64,000 nt of DNA from Octopus bimaculoides (Eukaryota), in NCBI RefSeq assembly GCF_001194135.2, contig NC_068985.1:77716728-77780727 (forward strand), given 5' to 3'. Each line of letters begins with the position of its first letter. The stretch's first letter is position 1. Both the position numbers and the translations under genes were made by a program. The notes under the pieces were generated by a model. It did not search any database, had not been told where the DNA came from, and worked only from the letters and a program-made list of their open reading frames with translations. Shown piece after piece: positions 26,001-36,510 of the stretch.

Positions 26001-29000
26001 AATTAAAATGCAAGTGGATGAGCACTCCACAAACATGCATACCCTAAATGTAGTTCTTAAGGAGATTCAGCAGGACATAGTGTGTGACAAGGCTGACCCT
26101 TTGAAATACTGGTACTACTCATTTTTGTCAGCTGAGTAGGCTTTGAGCAATGTGAAATAAAGTGTTTTGCTCAAGGAAAGATAAATTTTACCCTGATTAG
26201 GGCATCAGTCTAATATCAGTGAAATTCCTAGACAATCTAGTACCTGTTCTCAACAGTTAAGTGAATTGAAATAGAATTAAGTGTTCTACCAAGAAACACA
26301 TCCAGTGAGCTGCAACAGACACTAACAAATCAGTCCTATAATCGCCTGCTCAAAATCCAACTTTCTAGCTATATATTATCTCTGAAACAACAGCATTTCT
26401 AGGCATAGTGTTCACTTCCTCAATGGATTATTGAAGAACATCAGGCTGTGCTCAACATGGAATCATTTAAAATCCTTTTGGTACCAACCTGCCTGAGATC
26501 ATCCTTCATTCTGTGATATAAACTTCCTGACTTAGTCATTTAAATTAAAACCTTCCATTAAAATTCCATGTTAATTTGTGTTCCAAACACTTATCTAATA
26601 AGGACAGTCATTTCATTAAAGTTTTCATTTACAATATTGATTAAAACAGAAGCTCTGTTGCTTAACAGAAATATGGTAACAAAAAGTTAAGTCATTCACT
26701 GGAAGTATTCAATCCACAATTATAGCAACCTGGAATGTAATCTAATTTTAATTGTTCAAGCCCAGTGTGGAGCTCACTAGCAGCATGTGCAGCAAGTTCT
26801 AAAATGTACAACTGAAGTAGCCACGAAATAGCAGCTGAAGTACAACCACACTCATACCACCTGGCTTCACATTGCCTAGGTCAGTGCCACAAGGGAAATT
26901 ACTTGCATCATCATGTATGTTCATATATAACTGCAAATGCAAAATGAAACCAACTTCATTCATGAAATTTAATACAAAATTCATGCAATTTAGAAAATTT
27001 GTCACCAAGAGATGATAATGGAAAGACCTCAGTCTTTGATTTCTGAGGTTGTGCTTTGAGGCTACCGATTTCAAATAATCCTACAAGATAGCTAGCCATC
27101 ACCAGACCATCTCATGATCATTCAAGAAGAAGAAACAATGTGCACATTAACACCACTGTACTCTAGTTTTTCATCTTTGCTAAAGGACTATTGCAGTTGT
27201 ATAACTTTAGGAATCACCAACATGTCCAAATTGCAATGGTACTCCACATAATAACTCACAGCTCTTTCACTACACATCTAATTTTACTAGCCTAAATGTG
27301 GTGGATCTATGGAGCAACCCCCTCCCCCCGCAAGAAAGTGGACAAGTGACTACAATTCAAATTGCAGCTTTTGAGTTTCTGTTAGAGCAATCACTTGGTA
27401 AACAGAAACTGTATGGAAGTCAATTGTGTGTGTAATGGGGGTGTGATGTTCACACATTTTAACAAACCTGTGTCATCGTCATTTTTGTGCATGTGCATAA
27501 AATGGTGAAATTTTACACTTTGGGGCAGATTTTGTCAAATTGATGTCACAATGGCTAGTGTGCAAAGTACCAAAATTTTGCTTGAGAAATAAAATGCTCT
27601 TACCTAATCAAAACCTGAAATACTGGGGAATTAAAACAATGAATTGAAATAATAAGTTTTAGCAAAAATCCAAACAATTCGCATTGAAATGAAGAATTAG
27701 CAAATGCTAAATTGATTACCGTTAATAAGTTGTCTGTTTATACCCATGAAACATTTTTTGTGAAATTTCAGCATTTTTCAAAAAACTAAAATCTATATTA
27801 ATGGGTAGGACCAATTTAATGAAAAAAATGAACAGAAACTGGTAGTGAACCCATGTTGTCGTCATTTTTGTGCATGTGCGTAAAATGGCAAAATTTTACA
27901 CTTTGGGGAAGATTTCGTCAAATTGATGTCATGACAGCTAGTGCCTAAATTTTGCTTGAGAAATAAAATGCTCTTACCTAATCAAAATCTGAAATGCTGG
28001 GGAATTAAAATAACGAATTGAAATAATAAGTTTTAGCAAATCAGAACAATTCACATTGAAATGAAGAATTAGCTAAACAGATAACCGTTAATAAGCTGTC
28101 TGTTTATACCCACGAAACATTTTTCATCAAATTTCAGCATATTTTGTCAAATTTATGTCACGATGGCTAGTGTGAAAAATGCCAAAATCAATGCTGATTA
28201 AAAATCGATTTTTTAAAAAAATTACAAGTGTGTAAGTGACCGCATGGGCATAAGCCCCACACACATCGAGTTTCATCAAGGTCTGTTGGATAGTCTTGGA
28301 GGAGTTAAAGTAACAAATTCACAAACACATAAACTTGCCATTTATTATTATAGATTACTAACCAGAGTGTTTTGGGTAAATGGAGTTATTTCAGCTTACA
28401 ACACGTTAGCTGTAGTAGGGTTTAAGTTAGTGAACTATCAACTGTGATGTAATCAACATTGCAGTACCTTTGACCTCTTAGGTATTTCTGACTGTGATAT
28501 GGTAATTATATTATATAATTTCTTTATTCCAGGGTTATAATCGTACAGACGAGTTCATTATAACACAGCACCCATTGGAATCAACTGTTGAAGACTTCTG
28601 GAGAATGGTCTGGGACCAAAACAGTGCTGCGATTGTGTTGCTTACAAAAATGGATAATGATGTAAGTAATCTGCTTTAATAAACAAGCAGAATTTGGTTA
28701 ATAATAAAGATTTCTTTTGCCAAGACACTAAGTCTCTAGCTGATTACATATGCCACAATGTCTTACTGCTACTTATATTACTGACCCTGGCAGTGTGAAA
28801 GTCCATTTTAGCTGTTGTATCACACTCAGTTTGTGTTGAATTTCCTGCTCAAAGCTCCACCAAGAAGTAATGCAGTGATGAATTAGTGCAAATAGGAAGA
28901 GTTATTATCCCTTGCCTTTGATCTAACTGAAGTTTTATTTGTTATAACTTCAGTGGATACAAGCTAAATGATTAAGAAATTTGCCTCCCAATCACAAGGT

Positions 29001-32000
29001 TCCAGATTCGATACCACTGCATGGCCCCTTGAACATGGCATCTTTTACTAAAGCCTGTGAATGAAATTGGGTAGACGGAAATTCTGTTGAACCTCATTGG
29101 ATGAGCTGTTCCTCTTATTCAAAAGTTCAGCTTTGTTTCATACTGTGTCACACTGATTCTCCCCAAATCGTCCAACCCATGCTAGCATGGAAGGCGGACG
29201 TTAAACGATGATGATGATGATGATGATGATGATGACACATATCTATATATGGTAATCAGTCGTTTTTGTATACTAATTTCATGATTTGATCATTCCATAT
29301 ATCGAATAATTGGAATATTCATCAAAATTGATTTCACAAACAATTTATTTCCCATGTTTTGAAGTAAATATCTATATAAATTATACACAGACTATTTAAA
29401 TTCTGATACTAGTGAGAGATAAACTAAATACTATGAGACATTTACTCTAGTGCTTTACTATTTCTGTTGAACTACAGCTTATTTAGTGTATTAATCCTTA
29501 AGCATTTAAGCAAGCCTTATTCCAGCAAAAATATTCTACTAGTTTAATGTCCAAACCAGCCAGATCTGACCTTTTAACACCTACCCTACAAAGTCATTCT
29601 AAATATAAACAACCGCATCATCAAAATCTTGTGGCTTCAAGATAACGCATGATTAATTCAAAACAATGTGAATAAATAAGCATGACATTTAACTGAATAA
29701 TCTGAATGCTAAAGGGTTAAACTGTAATGATATACTTGTTTGTGAAATGAATATTAGTTTTTATTGTTTCATTGGACAGGACTGTAAAGAATTTTGGCCT
29801 GAAAAAGGCGATTCCATCCAAGTGGATGCTGGCAACTTTAAATTGTTCCACCGAGAGGAGGACACCAGCTTGGATCCTGTTACACATGACTTTATCATGG
29901 AATCAACACAGGTAAGAGATACCTATCACTATAGATTCTACTATTGCTGCTTAACTCTATGTATGAAATAAAAGCAAATGAAAGCACAGCATATATATAA
30001 ACATAACTTTATCACTAGCCCTTAACCCAAATGGTAAACCTTAACTCAAATGCTAACCCTTTACCTAAATGTCAAGCCTTAACTGCAATGCTGAATTTTA
30101 GCCCCACTGTTAACTTGAACTCATGTCTTTTGAGGAGTGTCTGATGTTTCATTGTACAACATTGCATTCTTTCAGGATGATTATGTGTTGATGAGTCGAA
30201 TTATTGCCACAACGGAATGGCCTGATGAGTGCCAACCACTGTATACAGCTTTTGAGTTTATTGAGACTTGTAGGAAGTGGTATCAACAATATAACAGTGG
30301 TCCCATCATAGTAATAGACAGGTGAGTTCTATTTCTTATTTGTTACTTCGTTCCTTCACCACTAACCCCACTTTTCTTTCATATATCTTGGATGGAAACT
30401 TCTTTTTTATGCTACTCCTCATGAGTATTAGTGTTTGAACAAGTCCTAATATTTGTTTGAACTTTGTGAGCATGTGAAGGCTTGATTTAAAAACATATCT
30501 GAATTTATAATATATAAGTCGTTTGCTTCCCTAGCACATTGCTTCAGGTTCACTTCCTCTGTGTGACACTTTGGGCAAACGTCTTCTACTATAACCTCTG
30601 GCCAAGCAAAGTCTTGTGAATGAACTTGGTAGACAGAAATTCTGTCCTGTGTATGTGAAAATGTTGTATCTCTTTTGATAGATAAGATGGAATGTATTAC
30701 AAGTTTGTGTGTACTGCTGTCGAAATGGCTTTGAGATTTATTCTGGGAATACATTTGCTGGAATGTTTGAAAAATGGAGTTACATGTAGGGATTTCAATA
30801 ATTAAAAGAAACTAACAGGTTGTATTTGAATATTGTTGTACAGATGTGTCTTATAGAATTGCTTTAAGAATATCTTTGATGGGTTTTTGTAGCTTAAGCA
30901 GTCATCATACCCTTTAGGAATATATATTTTGCCTAGTGTGTTGAAGTAGCACCATGGAAGAATATGGCTTTAATTGTATCAAAACCTGTTAACTGCCATC
31001 AGCTATCTATTTAAAATTAAGGGCCAATATTGCAAAGTAGCCATTATATATTCAAGTGTAAAAAAAAAAAATTATAAATGCAACAGCAAACCTTTGTGAA
31101 CAAATTTGCTGAAGGTGGTAGGTCTTAGATATCTAATAATTTATACATTTTATTGCCACTGTTATGAAACCCTGTATGTATGCATACCTACCTACCTACC
31201 TTCCTACCTACATGAATAAATAAATAATCATTTTTATGTCAACTTCTTTCATGCTGGCATGACTTGAGTGAATTGTCATGGACCAAGTAGTCAGTTCTTA
31301 TTTGTGGTGAATGTCCTGATTGACTTGAGAACTACATCTCATTTAAGTGTTCCACTTTTGGCATGTTGTCTACACCTGGATGCCCTTCCTAACACCAATC
31401 ACTTAACAGAGTGTAATGGCAACACTTTGTTATGGCACTAGCACTAAAGATGTTGTTATACCCATGGCAAGACTAAAGAGTCCTCACTACATTGTTTCCA
31501 TTCATTCACCAATCTCTTCACACAGTGTGCTAGGTGCATTTTTTAGTGGCACATCACTAGAAACATGCTTTCACTCCGAGATTAAAGAGAACTCTTTCTT
31601 CTTTGTTATTACCATTCATTAACTGATTACTTTACAATACACTGATACGCTCTATCATGGCACCAGCACTAGAGACGTTGTCTGATCCCTGTCAAGACTA
31701 AACACTAACATTGCATAATTCAGTATTTAGAATTCACTTCACAAATTCTTATTGATCAATAAACTGTGGTGTGTTGTGTGCAAATTCAATCTGTACCTCA
31801 TTAGTAAGAGTATCCAATAAGTCTACAATGATTTATTTGGGAAAATAATTAGTTGGTAGAGGAATAAAGGGTAAAGACCCCCTTCAGTCATGAATGACCA
31901 TAGGATTGCACCTACAAGGTTCCCCTCCACGGCACAAGCCTGGGCAAGGTTTTTTATGGAAGACCAACAGTCACCCATGCATACCAGCCTCCCCTCTCCA

Positions 32001-35000
32001 CGCCACCAATGTTATCCAAGGGAAAGGCAAAGGCCGATACAGCTTGGCACTAGTGATGGTACAGGTGATAGAACTGGAGCAGCATGAAATAATGTGTCTT
32101 CCTCAAGAACACAACACAGCCTGGTCTGGGAATTGAACTCGCTACCTCTTGATTGTGACTTCGACACTCTAGCCACTCAACCATGCACCTTCACACCAGA
32201 ATAACCAACTGATGATATTTAACACTTAAGCATTCAAACCAGTGATAGCCGGCCAAAATATTCTACAGGTTTTATATTCAAGCTGGTCGGATCTGACCTT
32301 TCACACCTACTCTACAATGTCATTCTAAAAACGAACAATCACTTTATCAAAATCTTAAAGATATGAAGCAGTGCAGGATTAATTCAAAACAATGTGAATA
32401 AATAAGCATTACATTTGATAGGGTAATCTGAGTGCTAAAGAGTTATGGGTTGTTGTAAGGTTTGTTTCCTACCAAATGTTATTGCTGTTAGATGTCACAT
32501 TGTATTCACATCCATTCTCTCCTTTATTCACTGAACAGACATGGGGGCTGTCAAGCTGCATTATTCTGTGCCCTGTGGACACTCTATGACCAACTCCATC
32601 ATGACAAGTCTATAGATGTTTACCAAGTTGCTAAACTGTATCACTTAAAGCGAACTGGTATTATTGGAACCAAAGTAAGTAGATTCTCTTTTGTTTTTGT
32701 TTTTTTCTTTCTTGACACAACCCATTACATATAATGTATATATGCATATAAGTTTTGGAGATAAAGACACATGCAAAGAAAAATGTTAGTTTGCAGAATA
32801 CGATGCTATATGTGAAATAAAAATGTATGTAATCCTATTTTTCTGTAAACTGATCTCGCATGTATATATACATTATTTTCATGTGTATGTGTGTGTGTAA
32901 TTAGTAAGTAAACAAAGTACCTGTCATTGAGATTAGGACATATTTCTGTACAATATGGTTAATATGACTGAAACAGGCTTCAGTATCCCTAATTAATTAT
33001 ATCAGCAATCTTTCCATGAGATACTGAGTAAGCATTTAAACTTTTGAAATTCAGCAGTTGCAGATAAAGATTTCTGAGTTCAATCTCACCTTAGGGCTTG
33101 AGAAAATATTATATAACTGTATTTTGTGGATTATAGAAAAATGACAGAGTTAGAAGAAATAGTCCAAAATATTTCACAACTGCTAAAGTTCCATTTCACT
33201 TCAAATCAAAGGTAGGTCAACTTATACTGCTGAAACGATCTCAAGGGACTAAAAAATCCATGTGAAATGCATCAGGATTTGGAAAGATAGTGACAATGTT
33301 TTAAATGTTTACACTATGTACTACATCAACTTGTCAGCTGGAAAATACAGTATCCTAAATTTTTTTTTTATTTGCATGGGTATGCCATATCATTGCATAT
33401 CATTAGAGGTAATGAAAGATATTAGTATCAAAAAGAGGCATGTGACCAGATAATACTGCTTTGATCATTCTCACCCAAGCCATATCTGCATAGAAAAGCA
33501 GACATAAATACAATGATGATGCCCATCACTCCTATTGGATTAGTAAAATCAGTAAGCGGTTGGACAAAATACATCAAGTATTTATTTGCTTTACTCTACA
33601 TTCTGGGTTCAAATCTTGCTGTTCTGGCTTCACATTAATCAACTCTCTCCCTCATCAACCAAATTTGTCTTCCTTCTGCCTCTGTTAGCAATTAATGTTA
33701 TTAAGCTCGTTAAAATATTTCAATCATTTATCAAGAGTTTTTTTGTTTGTTTCCTTCCTATAAATATCTGGAAATTAGGTGATGAGGTTAAGTCTAGATA
33801 GTCATTATATCAATAATTCCTCAATTAAAAGATGAATAGGATATATGTTATGTTACAACTTCTCTAATCTACGTCCATCCGTATGTCCTAATGCAGAGGC
33901 AATTGAAACAAGGGAGATTACTCTACTAGTGTGTTCAACTTGAGATGCAGTTTACTCTAACAAGGAGTTAAGTGTTCTGGGGTAGATTCTCAGTTTTTGG
34001 TTTTTGGTTTTTTCTCAGGAAAAAAATTGAGGAGGTGGTATTTATGTTTTCTAATGGAATTGGCTATAAAACGAAATCAGAACGCTCCCTTAACAGTTCC
34101 AGACACTGAGCTCTCAGTGAAAAACAGTCTGCCTGTCGCAATGTTTTCATCTCACATTTCAATGGTTCTGTTTTACATCTCTTGTTTCATGCTTCCATGA
34201 NNNNNNNNNNNNNNNNNNNNNNNNNNGGGGGGGGGGGGCTACAGTCAGGTTGTTAGCTGAGTTTGGTGCAGCTATTTTAGAGCTGAATTTCCTTCCTAAT
34301 ACAAACCCTTCAAATAGGTGGTAGGACTGGAATTTGTTTTCTAACTAGGTGCCTTGATCATGAGTACAATACAAAGAGTGTACTAGAATATGAACTTATG
34401 AGCATGGAAGTCAGTAGTATATGTGTGTCATCATTATCATTGTTTAAATTCTGCCTTCCAAGCTGGCAAGGGTTAGATGCTTTCTCAGGAGCTGACCACT
34501 CAATAGACTACACCAGTCTTCTGTGTTGTCAGAAAGGGCATCCAGCCATAAAAACTATGACAAACACCCTGCAGAGTGAACTGAGTGCTTTTTGCACGGC
34601 ACCAGCACAGGTGAGGTCAGTTTTGGCATGGTTTTTACAACTGGATACCCTTCCAAATGCCAACCACTTTACAGTCAGGACTGGATGCTTTTTATGTGGC
34701 ATCAGCACCAACAGGGTCACCAAGTAACTTGCAAGACAAGGAATCTTTGAGAGGGGGGAAGGGCATTGGAGGAAGTGATCCTGTGTCAGATGATGAAAGG
34801 ATAGTGTGTGACAGAGAGACAGAAACAGATGTCTTGCTATAGAGGACGTACATGGTTACCTGGCCAGAGAGAGAGAGAGAAAAAGCATGGGGGTTTAGGT
34901 ATGAAATGATAGGGATAAATCAACAGTTACAGTTTTGTTTTTACTACTGTACAAATGCCATCCTTCCAAAATATCTTCTTTTGCATCAAACTTTAACATT

Positions 35001-35189
35001 GTCTATTTGTTTCTGTTGCAGGACAACTATCATTATTTGTACAAAGCAATCGACAGTCTATGTAAACACATGGCTGAGAAGGAGAAAGAAAAGGAGTCCT
35101 ATCGAACTGCTACACTTCCTCACCACAGAGCCATCAAAAATGGCATGTTACCTAACTCTAACTGCAATGGGCCTTGGCCAGACATGTAG
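2457..35189 (+). CDS. Ptp99A: Receptor-type protein tyrosine phosphatase, Ptp99A / PTPRG-PTPRZ1 (R5)-like; 5'-partial (ectodomain exons lie upstream of the window); join of 16 exons listed separately
   Basis: All 15 introns are GT-AG with matching phases. The translation gives a TM helix, wedge [15 protein letters not shown]1 with [28 protein letters not shown] and VQTEDQY, and D2 with VIDRHGG (Cys->Asp), which is diagnostic of the R5/Ptp99A group. Stop TAG at 35187-35189. Confidence 0.93.
2695..2923. mobile_element. piggyBac-like MITE family E; other copies at 29491-29720, 32219-32445 and 61759-61968
   Basis: TTAA-CCCTTTAGCATT...AATGCTAAAGRG-TTAA termini; four collinear ~230-bp copies in the window. 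Confidence 0.75.
5032..5138 (+). CDS. Ptp99A: PTP exon 2: juxtamembrane ([35 protein letters not shown])
   Basis: tttcag| and |gtatgt, 107 bp, phase 2->1; bridges the flanking exons in frame. Confidence 0.82.
6392..6580 (+). repeat. 28-bp minisatellite, about 7 copies (AGAGGATTTGGTCAATCAAATARATGTC)
   Basis: Direct head-to-tail units without spacers, embedded in a minus-strand SINE. Confidence 0.92.
7037..7372. mobile_element. Degenerate TIR element (MITE)
   Basis: Imperfect ~50-bp terminal inverted repeats (...CCTCATAACT...TTTTGCAATTTT / AAAATTGCAAAA...AGTTATTAGG). Confidence 0.5.
7525..7622 (+). CDS. Ptp99A: PTP exon 3: wedge region ([32 protein letters not shown])
   Basis: ttttgcag| and |gtaagt, 98 bp, phase 1->0; [10 protein letters not shown] matches the Ptp99A-type motif. 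Confidence 0.93.
8280..8455 (+). mobile_element. Short Penelope-pLTR-like repeat with a hammerhead-like fold, preceded by (AAT)n
   Basis: GACAC-CTGATGA-A-GGTTG(10)CAGCC-AAAA-CGTT-GTGTT at 8329-8374. Confidence 0.65.
9100..9496 (+). repeat. Left copy of a ~400-bp inverted duplication (partner 14369-14770)
   Basis: Collinear reverse-complement similarity including SINE and non-SINE flank; 9447-9496 is the exact reverse complement of 14369-14418. Confidence 0.9.
9600..9790 (+). mobile_element. CR1/L2-type LINE reverse transcriptase fragment
   Basis: [14 protein letters not shown] followed, after a frameshift, by [24 protein letters not shown] (RT motifs HGFRxGRSCLTQL and DFAKAFDKV). Confidence 0.75.
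10249..10342 (+). CDS. Ptp99A: PTP exon 4: D1 start with KNRY motif
   Basis: ttttccag| and |gtaagt, 94 bp, phase 0->1; [13 protein letters not shown]. Confidence 0.95.
11173..11533. mobile_element. hAT (Charlie-like) MITE with 8-bp target site duplication
   Basis: TIRs CAGTGATTTTCAACC / GGCTGAGAAACCCTG; TSD GTTTACAC (11165-11172) and GTCTACAC (11534-11541). Confidence 0.8.
12496..12575 (+). CDS. Ptp99A: PTP exon 5: YDHTRCQL...[10 protein letters not shown]
   Basis: ctttcag| and |gtaagt, 80 bp, phase 1->0. Confidence 0.95.
14369..14770 (-). repeat. Right copy of the inverted duplication (partner 9100-9496)
   Basis: See the left copy. Confidence 0.9.
15416..15550 (+). CDS. Ptp99A: PTP exon 6: [14 protein letters not shown]...FWRMVWEQ...TNLMERGR
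   Basis: ttgcag| and |gtaaga, 135 bp, phase 0->0; classic PTP motifs. Confidence 0.97.
15952..16086 (+). CDS. Ptp99A: PTP exon 7: RKCDQYWP...RNTKKRK
   Basis: atttacag| and |gtacct, 135 bp, phase 0->0; KCxxYWP motif. Confidence 0.95.
16380..16560 (+). mobile_element. Possible Penelope-like element ORF relic
   Basis: [11 protein letters not shown]...PELRN loosely resembles the SFR..PNLRNLL segment preceding Penelope GIY-YIG domains; heavily decayed. Confidence 0.3.
17257..18000. other. Largest assembly gap (744 N); other gaps at 6652-6661, 12664-12673, 16274-16379, 18570-18579, 25608-25732, 34201-34226, 44071-44170 and 53852-54002
   Basis: N runs, mostly abutting simple repeats. Confidence 0.99.
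18590..18735 (-). mobile_element. Short (AT)n-flanked repeat with a decayed hammerhead-like core
   Basis: On -: CTGATGA-A-GAGC(TAT)GCTC-AAAAC-ATT at 18655-18629. Confidence 0.5.
21320..21471 (+). CDS. Ptp99A: PTP exon 8: WPD loop to catalytic Cys ([13 protein letters not shown]...PIVVHCS)
   Basis: ttaacag| and |gtgagt, 152 bp, phase 0->2. Confidence 0.97.
21923..22058 (+). CDS. Ptp99A: PTP exon 9: AGVGRTG...RNFLVQTE
   Basis: atttcag| and |gtaagt, 136 bp, phase 2->0; completes the [11 protein letters not shown]-loop. Confidence 0.97.
22590..22865 (+). mobile_element. SINE/LINE 3' end with RTE-like tail (family D); other copies at 57955-58180 and, in the opposite orientation, 13850-14120, 18240-18480, 31240-31700, 34440-34850, 57470-57650 and 58370-58625
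   Basis: Shared GGAAGGGCATCCAG..GTAGAAACCATG and CCCATGCCAG.ATGGAAA..GAC..TAAA.GATGATGAT tail. Confidence 0.75.
23139..23288 (+). CDS. Ptp99A: PTP exon 10: [12 protein letters not shown]...LERQFL (end of D1, linker)
   Basis: gttgtag| and |gtaagt, 150 bp, phase 0->0. Confidence 0.95.
23769..24264. mobile_element. pogo/Tigger-like MITE, longer copy in the opposite orientation
   Basis: Starts CAGTAATCCCTTGACTATTGCGGGTG; termini align to both ends of the 55213-55436 element. Confidence 0.7.
24941..25170 (+). mobile_element. CRE-clade non-LTR retrotransposon 3' fragment (restriction-like endonuclease tail)
   Basis: [23 protein letters not shown]...(frameshift)...[23 protein letters not shown] matches the CRE F.P.AVET.G..G / W..QR.S.AI.RGN..S pattern. 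Confidence 0.7.
25308..25478 (+). CDS. Ptp99A: PTP exon 11: D2 start (KNRIQEMLP...[13 protein letters not shown])
   Basis: atttcag| and |gtaagt, 171 bp, phase 0->0. Confidence 0.95.
26467..26690. mobile_element. TTAA-ended MITE family F; other copies near 62569-62791, 60200-60340 and 50590-50730
   Basis: Shared interior (TTAAAACCTTCCATYAAAAT...CAGAAATATGGTAACAAAA.GTTAA) and TTAA ends. Confidence 0.6.
27464..28345 (+). mobile_element. Helitron-like non-autonomous element with an internal ~383-bp tandem duplication
   Basis: 27472.. and 27855.. align over more than 300 bp; the 3' end GAGTTTCATCAAGGTCTG...GGAGGAGTTAAAGTAACAAA...CATTTATTATTATAGA resembles Lep1/HINE-type ends. Confidence 0.5.
28533..28661 (+). 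CDS. Ptp99A: PTP exon 12: [14 protein letters not shown]...FWRMVWDQN
   Basis: attccag| and |gtaagt, 129 bp, phase 0->0. Confidence 0.96.
29780..29911 (+). CDS. Ptp99A: PTP exon 13: DCKEFWP...DFIMESTQ
   Basis: ggacag| and |gtaaga, 132 bp, phase 0->0. Confidence 0.93.
30176..30321 (+). CDS. Ptp99A: PTP exon 14: DDYVLM...EWPDE...GPIIVIDR
   Basis: ctttcag| and |gtgagt, 146 bp, phase 0->2; Asp at the D2 catalytic position. Confidence 0.95.
31866..32195 (-). mobile_element. tRNA-derived SINE family C; second full copy at 5598-5915, with partial copies elsewhere
   Basis: Two collinear ~320-bp copies (GTAAAGACCCCCTTC.GTCATGAATGACCAT...CTCAAGAACAC...GGAATTGAACTC); tRNA B-box at the right end on -. 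Confidence 0.8.
32539..32674 (+). CDS. Ptp99A: PTP exon 15: [12 protein letters not shown]...[21 protein letters not shown]
   Basis: gaacag| and |gtaagt, 136 bp, phase 2->0. Confidence 0.95.
35022..35189 (+). CDS. Ptp99A: PTP terminal coding exon: [13 protein letters not shown]...GPWPDM*
   Basis: tgttgcag| acceptor, phase 0; Y..LY..I motif closing D2; TAG stop. Confidence 0.88.
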   Translation, partial: DNYHYLYKAIDSLCKHMAEKEKEKESYRTATLPHHRAIKNGMLPNSNCNGPWPDM

Positions 35190-35954
35190 ACCTCAAACAT
35201 CTCACTCGTTTCCCAACCCTAACCCACTGAATTCTCTCCACCACCCCACTACGACTCTGCTCTACTCTGCCTTCCTCCCCTCCTCTTATTTTATTACCCT
35301 CTTCGTTGCTGCAGATTACCTTCTACACCAACCAATGGGTCCATACACATCAGGTGTGCTAATTGTCTCCCTTTGGTTAATTGCTTGGTTGGAGGAGAGA
35401 GAGAGAAAGAGAGGGAAGAGAAGGCATTCATCACCGAAATACATCCTACTTCTAATACTGGTCCTATCACCACTACTAGTATTACTACTACTTCTACATA
35501 ACTATTGTTACCCCTATCCATCCCCAATCTTACACACATACACACACATGCATGCATACACACACATACTGACACATATGTATACCTTAACACACACATA
35601 CACCAGTTTCATAAACATGCCATCTGCAGTGGTTTCTTGGGTTTTTTTTCTTGTTCTCCCGTTGTCTGGACATGTGTGACTGACTGTCATATATATCTGG
35701 TGAGCGTGATGAGGCACGCCACCGAGACAGAGGTGGAGATGACAGGGAAAATGCAAAAAAGTAAAAAAAAAAAAAAAAATTGATTAAAAACAAACCAGAA
35801 AAAAATGTATGGACAATAATAAAAAGGAAAACATAAATTAAAAAACATTTTCAATAAAAAAGAAAATGAGAATGAAATCAAATCAACTGAACAAAATGAA
35901 AGAAAATGCATTAAAAAGATGGATATATATACAAATATATATACACACACACAC

Positions 35955-36015
<61 letters not shown>

Positions 36016-36474
36016 TATATACTATATAAGACATACATCATATATGTACATTCATAGAAAGATGAGACAGAAAAATTCTAAAAAATATTGAAAAGACAAC
36101 AGGAAAAAGAAAAAGAGTTATGGGTTGGGTTGGGTGTTATATTTTATTTTATTTGGAGCAGAAATGTGAATTGCAGTGTCTGTTTGCGTGTCTACTTGTC
36201 TGTCTGTCTCATAAATACACTCACACACAAACACAAACACACACACGCACGCACCCTCTCTCTGTTTCTTTTGCTGGGCATTTTAGCAACCATTGTTAGC
36301 ATTTGATATTTTATAAATGCATCGATATACACACACTCACACACACATGAACACAAATATATGTTTATATATATGTATGTGTGTGCCTGTATGTGTGTAT
36401 ATACACACTCACACAATTTATGTATGCATTATATATATATGTGTGTGTGTGTATATGCATTAAAAATATTTATA

Positions 36475-36510
<36 letters not shown>

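Noticed and set aside
26799-27074. Minus-strand ORF or exon nested in a phosphatase intron
   Set aside because: No partner exons or recognisable motif were found, and splice support is weak.
30015-30125. Telomere-like AACCCT/TTAACC degenerate repeats
   Set aside because: Too short and degenerate to call an interstitial telomere; likely simple-repeat decay.
34852-35679. 275-aa plus-strand ORF overlapping the last phosphatase exon
   Set aside because: It is out of frame with the well-supported exon, has low-complexity composition and shows no recognisable motif.
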